Shown: one piece after another, positions 1-7,815 of the stretch
Layout: each line of letters opens with the position of its first letter
How positions within the stretch are numbered: the stretch's first letter is position 1
Origin: Candidatus Micrarchaeia archaeon
Lineage (GTDB): Archaea; Micrarchaeota; Micrarchaeia; Micrarchaeales; Micrarchaeaceae
Direction of reading: 5' to 3'
Assembly (NCBI GenBank): GCA_049964795.1
Contig: JBMFWY010000011.1
Span: forward strand, 1-25,044
Length of the DNA: 25,044 nucleotides
Position numbers and translations under genes: made by a program
The notes under the pieces: generated by a model
Databases searched by the model: none
The model's input: the letters and a program-made list of their open reading frames with translations, nothing else
Told to the model about the DNA's origin: nothing

Positions 1-3
1 GAT

Positions 4-26
4 TAAACTCTTTCCCAAAGAGTTTA
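4..26. repeat. Perfect 10-bp inverted repeat (TAAACTCTTT-CCC-AAAGAGTTTA) immediately 3' of the tRNA
   Basis: Arms 4-13 and 17-26 are exact reverse complements with a 3-nt loop; lies 1 nt past the tRNA discriminator on the minus strand. Confidence 0.75.
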
Positions 27-27
27 T

Positions 28-99
28 TGGACCCAGCGGGATTCGCACCCGCGACCTTCTCGTTGCGAACGAGACGCTCTACTCCTGAGCCATGGGCCC
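28..99 (-). tRNA. tRNA-Ala (anticodon CGC), intronless, CCA not encoded
   Basis: Reverse complement folds as a cloverleaf: acceptor GGGCCCA/TGGGTCC with the G3:U70 Ala identity pair, D stem GCTC/GAGC, anticodon stem TCTCG/CGAGA with loop TT-CGC-AA, T stem GCGGG/CCCGC, discriminator A. Confidence 0.96.
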
Positions 100-233
100 A
101 AAACGCGATGCTATTACCGATTACACAAAAGATAATATAAAGATTTCCTGAACAATAAAACCGTGCTTAAATGCCCGGCAGTGCAAAGAAAGCTAATAAT
201 GCATTTTACAAATTTGATGCGCACAGGCTATCG

Positions 234-1604
234 ATGCTTGACAATCTGCTCAAAAAAGTGCTCAAGGACATAAAGCCAGACAAAAAAGAGATCGAGAGGC
301 TTACTGCATGCAGCAACGAGCTTATGAGCAGGCTGCACGCTGTAGTACCGAAAAGCGTCGAGATAATAACCGCAGGATCTATAGCGCATGGAACCCACCT
401 TAAAGGATCGTCAGATATAGACATATTCATGCTTTTTCCAAAAGAAAATGATGAAAGGAGTATGGAGAGGCGAGCACTCGAATTCGCCAAGAAAATAGTG
501 GATAAAGGCAAGAATGAAAGCTATGAGATAAAATATGCAGAGCATCCTTACCTAAGGCTCTTTCTTGGAGACTTGGATGTTAGTGCAGACATAGTACCTG
601 CTTTTAAGATAAGAGACGCAAGCGAGATGGGAAGTGCTGTAGATAGGACGCAGCTGCATACAGAATTTGTCGTTTCACACCTTTCAGAAAAGCAGAAGGA
701 CGAAGTAAGGCTTTTGAAATACTTTCTAGGGCAACATGACATATATGGCGCAGAAGCGATGACTGAAGGTTTCTCTGGCTATTTGTGCGAGCTGCTTGTA
801 TACCATTACGGCTCCTTCGCAAAGCTTATAGAAGGATTCGCCAGGCTACGGCTTCCTATAGCCATTTACCCTGAGACTAGGGCCGTTGCCACAGGCAAGC
901 AGCTTGAGGAGCTTGCAAAAAGATTTAGCTCCAACTTCATAGTCATAGACCCTACCGACAAGGAGCGCAACGTTGCGGCAAATGTGTCGGTAGAATCGCT
1001 TGCAAGGCTAACGCTGCTGGCCCGCAGGCTTCTTAAGTACCCTGTTGAAAAGGTATTTTTTAGGGAAGAATACGGCGACATAAGCGCCCGCACAAAAATA
1101 GCAAAATTTGAGAAATTGATGGGTTCGAAAATGTATACGATAACCATGCGCCTTGACGATATTGCGGAAGATATCCTATGGCAGCAAATTAAGAAGTTGA
1201 AAAACAGGATTGAAGTGGAGCTGTCGCGCGAAGGTTTCGCCCCGATACTCTCGCTTCAGTCTTTGGAAAAGGACAGAGGAGTGATAGCCTTTTTCATAGA
1301 AAGAAATGCAAAACGGGTTGAGGTAGTTCAAGGACCAAGCGTATTTATGCCTGAAGCGGCAGAAAAATTTGCAAGTGCGCATGCTTACAAAGCTTTGGCT
1401 GGCACGCTGAAGGCTGAAAGGCTAATATACTTTGAAAAACCCGCGTACCGAGAGCCGGAATCGCTTATAAGAAGCCTGCTTAGATCCAAGCAGGGCATGC
1501 CAAGCCATATAAGAAAAGGCAGCATCAAGGTCATGTCCAAGGGGATAGAAGAGGAGTATGCCAAAATGCTTTATAAGAGGCTTGTTTTTGCAACCACTAT
1601 TTGA
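234..1604 (+). CDS. cca: Archaeal class I CCA-adding enzyme (tRNA nucleotidyltransferase)
   Basis: GSxAxGT...SDIDIF nucleotidyltransferase motif, YAEHPY, SAVDRTxxH, IYGAE...GFSGYLCELL, VIDPTDxxRNVAA. Start placed at ATG 234 (MLDNLL); the track ORF extends to 171. Confidence 0.95.
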   Translation: MLDNLLKKVLKDIKPDKKEIERLTACSNELMSRLHAVVPKSVEIITAGSIAHGTHLKGSSDIDIFMLFPKENDERSMERRALEFAKKIVDKGKNESYEIKYAEHPYLRLFLGDLDVSADIVPAFKIRDASEMGSAVDRTQLHTEFVVSHLSEKQKDEVRLLKYFLGQHDIYGAEAMTEGFSGYLCELLVYHYGSFAKLIEGFARLRLPIAIYPETRAVATGKQLEELAKRFSSNFIVIDPTDKERNVAANVSVESLARLTLLARRLLKYPVEKVFFREEYGDISARTKIAKFEKLMGSKMYTITMRLDDIAEDILWQQIKKLKNRIEVELSREGFAPILSLQSLEKDRGVIAFFIERNAKRVEVVQGPSVFMPEAAEKFASAHAYKALAGTLKAERLIYFEKPAYREPESLIRSLLRSKQGMPSHIRKGSIKVMSKGIEEEYAKMLYKRLVFATTI

Positions 1605-1637
1605 ATCAAGCAAATTACTTTTGCTTTTGCAATATGC

Positions 1638-2270
1638 TTAAACCAATGGCTTTTGCGTTATTTTTCTCGCTTTCAGCATAGCATAAAGCTCAGGACTCTT
1701 GTCTATAGAATTAGGTAGATAGCCCTCTATTTTTTCCATCTCCTTTTTTTGCAGAGTGTTTTTTTGCTTATTAGCTGCACAGATGCTTGAAACAAGCTTT
1801 AATGCAAAGCGTTTTTGCAGTTGAGTTTCTATTTCGTAAACTTTTCTAGACTTCGTCCTTATTGTTTCTCCGCAGTAATCGAGCCCTTCTGCGATCAGGT
1901 TCTCGCTTATTTTTTCTTTTTTATATCCCCTCTCGCGAAGCCTTCTTTCAATCACTTTGAGAGGAGCGCGCACCACAAACGAGAGGTCATAATTCAAATC
2001 CAGCTCTGGGGCCAAATGGCCGGAGAGCACAATAAAGCAGCTATTGCTTTGTTCTCTATTTAAGCGCCTCTTTATTGCCCTATTAAGCTTGCCTATGCTT
2101 GCAATTTTAGAGCCTAATGCGTCGATCCCTGAATATGCTTTTGCCTCATTGAGAATGTCATTTATCTCGATTATTTTTGCACAGGGGCATCGCTCTGCTA
2201 TCATCTTAGAGAAAAAGGTTTTTCCAGCCCCAGGAGTGCCTGTTACGGTTACAATCTTGAGCCTGTTCAC
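1638..2270 (-). CDS. Adenylate kinase 6 / Fap7-like nucleotide kinase
   Basis: N-terminal P-loop VTGTPGAGKT, SGH at the Walker B/hhhxGH position, lid motif RLRERGYxxxKIxEN. Confidence 0.85.
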   Translation of the reverse strand: MNRLKIVTVTGTPGAGKTFFSKMIAERCPCAKIIEINDILNEAKAYSGIDALGSKIASIGKLNRAIKRRLNREQSNSCFIVLSGHLAPELDLNYDLSFVVRAPLKVIERRLRERGYKKEKISENLIAEGLDYCGETIRTKSRKVYEIETQLQKRFALKLVSSICAANKQKNTLQKKEMEKIEGYLPNSIDKSPELYAMLKARKITQKPLV

Positions 2271-2878
2271 TTTCCTGCCCTGATGCTTTTTATGTAATCT
2301 GTGGCAGCGTCCAACAAAGCATCTATTTCAGCAGCGCTGTTTTCTATTATTAATGCAGGGTTTTGATCAAGGCTAACCCTAACCACATAATTCTTGTTTC
2401 CGCTGAAAAGCCATTCGCCGATAGAATTGCCGTTGTACGTGCCAGTCATATCTACTACAAGAAGCGATGCATCTACAAGGCGTTCTACCATGTGCAATAT
2501 GTCTCCCTGTGCATCTTTAACGTAGATTACTTCATCCTTGCTCTCATCTCTTGCCACATTGTCTGATTTTATCAGTGGTATTTTACTCTGCTTTGCCTCG
2601 AGCGAGATAGCTTGAGCAAGCTGCGAGGTTATTGCATCGCATTTTGATGCATCATCACTCAGCTTTTTCCTTTCGTTTTCCATGCCGTCTAGCATTGCTG
2701 CGATCGAAGTGTCCACATCTTCCTTCATATTAATGATAGTGTTGACTATTGTAGGCTGAGACGCAAACTTGTCTGGATTAGAAAGCAGATCTGAAAGGGA
2801 TATCTTATATTTGGCAGCTATATCCTTATCTAGCCTTTTTATGATAATATCCGCATCGTCGCTCCATATGTTTGCCAT
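2267..2878 (-). CDS. Hypothetical protein (helical N-half), translationally coupled to the kinase gene
   Basis: About 203-aa ORF with AGGTG RBS-like sequence upstream; its stop overlaps the kinase start by 4 nt (GTGA). No family recognised. Confidence 0.8.
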   Translation of the reverse strand: MANIWSDDADIIIKRLDKDIAAKYKISLSDLLSNPDKFASQPTIVNTIINMKEDVDTSIAAMLDGMENERKKLSDDASKCDAITSQLAQAISLEAKQSKIPLIKSDNVARDESKDEVIYVKDAQGDILHMVERLVDASLLVVDMTGTYNGNSIGEWLFSGNKNYVVRVSLDQNPALIIENSAAEIDALLDAATDYIKSIRAGK

Positions 2879-2929
2879 GCACACACCTATCTTACTTATT
2901 TTTATTTGTGTGCTTATTTAATAAACCTT

Positions 2930-3196
2930 ATGCAGAACATGCCGGAAGATAAAAAAACCGAAGAGCGGATAGAAAAAGACATACTAAAATTTTACGAGAG
3001 CGTTGATGAGTACAAGGCCCTTCAAGGCAGCTTGGGCGCAAGGGAAAAGGAAATCGCCGAGCTATCCGAGATGTATGCGTCAGACGCAAAGAGCTATCTT
3101 AAAAAGGGAGATCTTTATACAGCTTTTTCGTGCATATCCTACGCCCACGGATTGCTAGACGCGCTGAAAGCGCTAAAAAAGGGGCGGGAGCAGTAA
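2930..3196 (+). CDS. DUF357 domain protein
   Basis: Motif Y-x-SDAKSYL-x-KGD...AFSCISYAHGLLDAL typical of archaeal DUF357; start taken as ATG 2930 (2939 also possible). Confidence 0.85.
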   Translation: MQNMPEDKKTEERIEKDILKFYESVDEYKALQGSLGAREKEIAELSEMYASDAKSYLKKGDLYTAFSCISYAHGLLDALKALKKGREQ

Positions 3197-3216
3197 AGTC
3201 GCTAATAGATGATTCT

Positions 3217-4332
3217 ATGTACAAGGAAGGCTCAGCAATGATACTAAAGCATGAAAATGCGTTCCTGAACCCCAAAGGGCGTGCTTCCAGGGAGATAAGC
3301 CTTGGCATTGCAAAGCTCGTATACAAAGGTGGGGAGATACTGGATGCGACTGCAGCAACGGGAATTAGAGGGATAGAGTATTCAGCACGGCTCGATGCCA
3401 AAGTGACAATGCTTGAGATAAACAAAACAGTTTATGAAGAACTCTCCGAAAATCTGAAATACAACTATGAAAATGGAGTAATCAAGAAGAAGAATGTGCA
3501 AGCGCTAAATGAAAGCTTCCAGAGATTTGCAAACACCACTGAAAAAAAATTTGAGATTATAGACATAGACCCATTTGGAGGCGCAGCACCTTATGTATAT
3601 GATGCGATGAAGCTCGTCTCGGACTCTTCCTACCTGTTTGTTACTGCTACAGATGTCGCTGTGCTATGCGGCGCACACAGGAACGCATGCCTGAAATTGT
3701 ATGGAGCAGTACCGATGCACAATGAGTTCTGCCATGAAGCTGGAATAAGGATCCTGCTCGGATACATTGCAAAAATTGCCGCGCAGTTTAATTACGGGAT
3801 TGCGCCCGTAATCTCACTTTACTATGCACACTATATGCGAGTATTTGTTAGGTTGGAGCACGGAGCGAAAAACGCTATGGCATCGATTGGCAAACTAGGC
3901 TATGCGCATTACTGCGATAAATGCGGAAACAGGCACAGCGAAGTAGGAATGTTCCCAAAAGAAAGAAAATGCGAAGTTTGTGGATCAGACATGAATACGG
4001 CAGGCGTTATGTGGATTGGTAGTATAAAGGACGATGATACGGCGAAAAAGGTTTATGAACATCTTCAAGATGGCGCTTCTAAAGAAGCAAAAAACATTTT
4101 AGAGAGGATTGTTGAAGAGATAGATATGCCATTTTACTATTCGATACCCCACCTTACGAAGAAGTTAGCTATAGGATCAATAAACAGAGGGGACCTGATG
4201 GCTGCACTAAGCAGAAGGGGAAAGGTATCAAAGACGCATTTCGATTACTCTTCAATAAAAACCGATGTGCCGTACAAAGATATTATTGACATAACAAAAA
4301 TGCTTTATGAGAAAAGAGAGCAAAGGAAATGA
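3217..4332 (+). CDS. trm1: tRNA (guanine26-N2)-dimethyltransferase Trm1
   Basis: EG...FLNP...RE-S N-terminus, LDATAATGIRG SAM motif, IDIDPFG, VTATD, HEAGIRIL, HYMRVF, CxxC...CxxC zinc ribbon, THF...IKTD C-terminus. Start placed at ATG 3217 to avoid deep overlap with DUF357. Confidence 0.95.
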   Translation: MYKEGSAMILKHENAFLNPKGRASREISLGIAKLVYKGGEILDATAATGIRGIEYSARLDAKVTMLEINKTVYEELSENLKYNYENGVIKKKNVQALNESFQRFANTTEKKFEIIDIDPFGGAAPYVYDAMKLVSDSSYLFVTATDVAVLCGAHRNACLKLYGAVPMHNEFCHEAGIRILLGYIAKIAAQFNYGIAPVISLYYAHYMRVFVRLEHGAKNAMASIGKLGYAHYCDKCGNRHSEVGMFPKERKCEVCGSDMNTAGVMWIGSIKDDDTAKKVYEHLQDGASKEAKNILERIVEEIDMPFYYSIPHLTKKLAIGSINRGDLMAALSRRGKVSKTHFDYSSIKTDVPYKDIIDITKMLYEKREQRK

Positions 4333-4358
4333 CCTGAACAGAGCAGGGGGTAGAGGCT

Positions 4359-4369
4359 TTTGAGATTCC
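4359..4369 (+). repeat. Direct repeat copy 1 (TTTGAGATTCC)
   Basis: Identical 11-mer at 5724-5734; the two copies flank the 4477-5718 gene. Confidence 0.6.
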
Positions 4370-4438
4370 TATCGAGAAGGAATTACTAATGCAAAATTGG
4401 GAATTTGGCAGTATTGCAAAACCGCACAAAAATATTGT

Positions 4439-4451
4439 GAAGGTATAAATA
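4439..4451 (+). promoter_or_regulatory. BRE-TATA promoter (GAAGG-TATAAATA), probably a leaderless transcript
   Basis: TATA box 4444-4451 ends about 25 nt before ATG 4477; a small inverted repeat CACAA-N5-TTGTG (4425-4439) abuts it. Confidence 0.6.
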
Positions 4452-4476
4452 TCTGAAAATACCGAAAAAGTAGATT

Positions 4477-5718
4477 ATGGAGAGATATACCGACTTGAAA
4501 ATATCGTCAGACAATATTAACAATTTAAATAGATATTACTACAGCAACAATGAGAGTGTTGGATTTCAGACAATGGCCCAGAGGGAGGAGTATCAAAAGG
4601 CTTTTGGAAGATACCTTTATAGAATTATAGAAGAGGATTATTTTAATTTGCCCAAGATAAAAGTGCTAGAGATAGGGCCAAGAGGGGTCTATTTTGAAAG
4701 AGGCGTTCACGAAGAAATTCAAAGGTTGGACCAAGAGAATGGCACGGATTATGGAGATAGGATAGAATGGTCCTTGTTTGATATTTCTAAGGTCGCAATT
4801 AATAAAGCAAGGAGAGAGTATATAAGCAGCCTTAACGATTTCTTTCCTACAAAATTTTTTGTCGGAGATGCAGTTAATAAAAACTTGCCTAAAGGCTACG
4901 ATGTGATAATTGCCAATGAGCTGATTGATGACTTGAGGCAAATGGTTTTAGTAAATAGGGGAGGAAGGCTTTATGAGATTGTTTATAAGATTGCGGTGGG
5001 TGATTTTATAAACGACGTAGGAATAGCACTTAGACAGAGTTACTTGAGGCCGATTAAGGAGGAAGACAAAAAAGAGTACTTTGAAGTCGTATCAAAATAT
5101 CTGCAGGAGGATTGCAACACTACCTTCTTTCCTGATTTGGACAAGTTCCTGGCAAATGTAAATAAGGCTTCAAATCCAGGTGCAAAGTTCATCATACACG
5201 ACTACATGATTGTAGGAGGCGTGGAGAAGGACAAATATTCCATAGAGAGGGTTTTTGGCATTTCGGATATCAAAAAGGTTTTTGAAGCTAATCCTGAAGA
5301 GGGGCTTATACAGATTACTGCTGATGTGAACTTCCTGCAATTGCTTGATAGCTTGAGCAAAGCGGGCTTTGCGGTGAAGATGATTGAGGAATACGACGAT
5401 TTTCTTGAAAGTTCATTAGGCACAAAGAGGATTAATAAATGGAAGCTAGACCAAGTGCTGCAATTGACAAGCAAGGAGAGCATCGCTGAAGCAGAGAAGT
5501 TGCTCAGGATAGAAGGCGATCCCGCTAGCATAGAAGCAAAAAAGAAGCTGTATGAAGCGCTAGATGTACCTTACGGGGTTTTAGGCATGAATTTTTACAA
5601 GTCAAGCCTGGAAAAATTAAATCTGCCTGAGGAAACAAAAGAAAAGATATGGAATATGTATAGGAGCGCCCTAGTAATTAGAAACCCGCTGCTGAATATT
5701 ACTGCAGTTAAATATTAA
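4477..5718 (+). CDS. SAM-dependent methyltransferase, MidA/NDUFAF7 (DUF185)-like
   Basis: VLEIGP (motif I), LFDIS (motif II), VIIANELIDDL matching the family's ANExxDAL motif, IHDY, and QITADVNF matching DITAHVNF. Confidence 0.72.
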   Translation: MERYTDLKISSDNINNLNRYYYSNNESVGFQTMAQREEYQKAFGRYLYRIIEEDYFNLPKIKVLEIGPRGVYFERGVHEEIQRLDQENGTDYGDRIEWSLFDISKVAINKARREYISSLNDFFPTKFFVGDAVNKNLPKGYDVIIANELIDDLRQMVLVNRGGRLYEIVYKIAVGDFINDVGIALRQSYLRPIKEEDKKEYFEVVSKYLQEDCNTTFFPDLDKFLANVNKASNPGAKFIIHDYMIVGGVEKDKYSIERVFGISDIKKVFEANPEEGLIQITADVNFLQLLDSLSKAGFAVKMIEEYDDFLESSLGTKRINKWKLDQVLQLTSKESIAEAEKLLRIEGDPASIEAKKKLYEALDVPYGVLGMNFYKSSLEKLNLPEETKEKIWNMYRSALVIRNPLLNITAVKY

Positions 5719-5723
5719 AGGAG

Positions 5724-5734
5724 TTTGAGATTCC
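5724..5734 (+). repeat. Direct repeat copy 2 (TTTGAGATTCC)
   Basis: Identical to 4359-4369; begins 6 nt after the methyltransferase stop codon. Confidence 0.6.
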
Positions 5735-5894
5735 GACGACGCTGCGCATTTTTTCTTTTTTACCCTTTCCTTTTTGCCTTTTATACGGCAAACAACGTTA
5801 ATAGATAGATAAGCTTAAATAGGAATTTTCTTCTTTTGAGCAATCTGCGTCGTAAATTGCCGCACTTCCACTTTTCAAAGGGATATAGCGCGGA

Positions 5895-5912
5895 AAAAGA
5901 AAGCTATAAATA
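5895..5912 (+). promoter_or_regulatory. BRE-TATA promoter for the zinc-finger gene
   Basis: Purine-rich BRE ...AAGAAAGC followed by TATAAATA (5905-5912). Confidence 0.6.
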
Positions 5913-5985
5913 TGAGCCTAGCAATTTTACTAAGCGATGTTGTTAAACTGCAATGCGCAGCTAACAACGCCTTTGGGTTGGGTAT

Positions 5986-6393
5986 ATGAATGGGGGTGAA
6001 GAATTGGTGGATAGCGTAGAGAAGTGTCCAAGATGCGGCACTGCACTGCATAGCTTTTCCAAGAAATATGCATACAGCATGAACAGGTACTACTGCGTAA
6101 AGTGCGCCGAAGAGCTAGACAGGAATTTTCTTGCCAAAATGACCTGTGCTGTTTGCGGCAAGCATTTAGGCAGGGAAGAGGTAAAGTATGTCATGTCCTC
6201 AAAGTTCTTCGGAGGAGAAGCTATGCCGATAGCAGACAGGCTTGTCTGTGCTGCATGCCATGAATCAGTAGAAGAGAAAGTGCGCAATAGAAGTGCACCT
6301 GAAAAGGCAAGGAACGTGCAAAGGATAAAGGCAGCCATAAGAAAAAGTATAATGCAAAGTGTGCCAAGGGCGGGCAATACTCCAAGATTTTAA
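5986..6393 (+). CDS. Hypothetical zinc-binding protein with four CxxC pairs (two putative zinc fingers)
   Basis: CPRC, CVKC, CAVC and CAAC motifs, basic helical C-terminus; alternative starts at 6004/6007 follow a GGGGGTGA RBS-like sequence. Confidence 0.8.
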   Translation: MNGGEELVDSVEKCPRCGTALHSFSKKYAYSMNRYYCVKCAEELDRNFLAKMTCAVCGKHLGREEVKYVMSSKFFGGEAMPIADRLVCAACHESVEEKVRNRSAPEKARNVQRIKAAIRKSIMQSVPRAGNTPRF

Positions 6394-6513
6394 GCATAGG
6401 GCAAGCAGCAGGAGGACAAAGGAGACAGCTACGCGGTGCGCTCCGACTTTAGCTTGCTATCTGCTATCCCCTATTCGCTTACTCGTTAAGGCATAGGTTC
6501 TAGACTTTTGAGA

Positions 6514-6539
6514 GGTCATTTGTTGACCGCGCTTTTTTT
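6514..6539 (+). terminator. Putative terminator: GGTCA/TGACC hairpin followed by a T7 tract
   Basis: Stem 6514-6518/6524-6528, T run 6533-6539, located upstream of the scpA promoter region. Confidence 0.45.
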
Positions 6540-6615
6540 CAAGCTGCTGAATGCTAGGAACTTTTTAATAGAGTAAACAAATAAATAGCTTTTTAGCCAT
6601 ATATAAAGCGATTGA

Positions 6616-7353
6616 ATGGCGGCCGGAGAAGAGCTCTCCACATACTATGACAGCTACGGCAAGTTTGACATAGAGGAACTTGTCAAAAACACTATGTGGA
6701 AGGATCTGCTTTTTGAGCTTGTAGAAAGCAACAGGCTTGATCCATGGGATATAGACATTGCAGTTATCGCGGATGAGTACGCACGCGCGATAAAGAAGAT
6801 GAAAGTATTAGACTTGCACATGCCTGCAAACATAATCTTTGCTGCTTCTGTGCTCCTAAGGATGAAAAGCGAAACGCTGCAGATTTTTGAGGATCTTGAT
6901 CAGATTGAGGGTAATAGCGAAGGCGACGCGGTCGATCTTATCCCGACAGCACAGCCAGAAGTGCCAGGCATAATATTCAAACTAAGGACGCAGCCAAAAA
7001 GGAAGATAACGCTAGAGGAGCTTATGGATGCGTTGGAGGAAGCAATGAAAATGCAGGACAAAAAGGAGAAAAGAGAGGAAGAATACAGCACTCCTCTTTT
7101 AATCAAGATAAGCAGAGAAGATATAGGAAGCAGAATGCGCAAGATATTTGACATGATAAAGTTGCGCATGGATGCTTACAAAATGGTTACTTTTGCGGAT
7201 CTTGCATCGCAGGCTTCAGGACAGGGCAGTGTCTTGCTCGATGTGTTCGTGCCTCTTCTTTTTCTTGCACATAAGGACTATATAGTGCTAAGCCAGGATA
7301 ACTTCTTCGGCGAAATATTCGTAAGACTTAAGAAGGATGAGCTCGATGGCTGA
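6616..7353 (+). CDS. scpA: Segregation/condensation protein A (kleisin)
   Basis: LDPWDIDI, AAS-LLRMKSE, R-ITLEELMDAL, and C-terminal FVPLLFLA...L-QDNFFGEI winged-helix motif. Confidence 0.95.
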   Translation: MAAGEELSTYYDSYGKFDIEELVKNTMWKDLLFELVESNRLDPWDIDIAVIADEYARAIKKMKVLDLHMPANIIFAASVLLRMKSETLQIFEDLDQIEGNSEGDAVDLIPTAQPEVPGIIFKLRTQPKRKITLEELMDALEEAMKMQDKKEKREEEYSTPLLIKISREDIGSRMRKIFDMIKLRMDAYKMVTFADLASQASGQGSVLLDVFVPLLFLAHKDYIVLSQDNFFGEIFVRLKKDELDG

Positions 7354-7813
7354 AGGCAACGATGAATACAGAAAACTTGTCGAGGCTGCTCTTTTTGTAG
7401 CTGGAAAGCCACTAAGTGCTGAAGAGCTTGCACAAGCGATAGGCGTTGCATCAATAGGCTATGTAAGCAAGATGCTTGAGGAGCTTGCGAGCGAATATGA
7501 AAAGAGAGATACTGCACTGAAGATAACTAAGTTTGACGGCAAATATTCAATGGATGTCAAAAAGGAATACGCGGCCAAGGTGAACGAGCTTGCTGGGAAG
7601 CCGGAGCTGAGAAAAGGGGCGCTGAGGATATTGGCGTATATAAGCAAAAATGAGCCGGTTATGCAGAGCGCGCTGGTGAAGGTTTTTGGAGCCTCTACAT
7701 ACGACTATATGAAAGAGCTTGTGGAAAACGACTTTGTAAGCTCAAAAAAACACGGCAGGACGAAAAAGCTTGAAACCACAGAAAAATTCAGGGAATACTT
7801 CGAAATTACATGA
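7346..7813 (+). CDS. scpB: Segregation/condensation protein B (kite family)
   Basis: VEAALFVAGKPLS, ALRILAYI...PV-QS, TTEKFREYF; overlaps the scpA stop. Confidence 0.95.
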   Translation: MAEGNDEYRKLVEAALFVAGKPLSAEELAQAIGVASIGYVSKMLEELASEYEKRDTALKITKFDGKYSMDVKKEYAAKVNELAGKPELRKGALRILAYISKNEPVMQSALVKVFGASTYDYMKELVENDFVSSKKHGRTKKLETTEKFREYFEIT

Positions 7814-7815
7814 AT

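Noticed and set aside
3130-3216. Long N-terminal extensions of track ORFs (trm1 from 3130; likewise cca from 171, aspS from 15353, atpK from 23109)
   Set aside because: Artefacts of longest-ORF calling; downstream starts fit family N-termini and RBS positions better.
6392-6540. SRP RNA, RNase P RNA or C/D box sRNA
   Set aside because: Too short, and lacks the SRP helix 8 motif, RNase P P4 consensus and C/D boxes; kept only as an unassigned structure.
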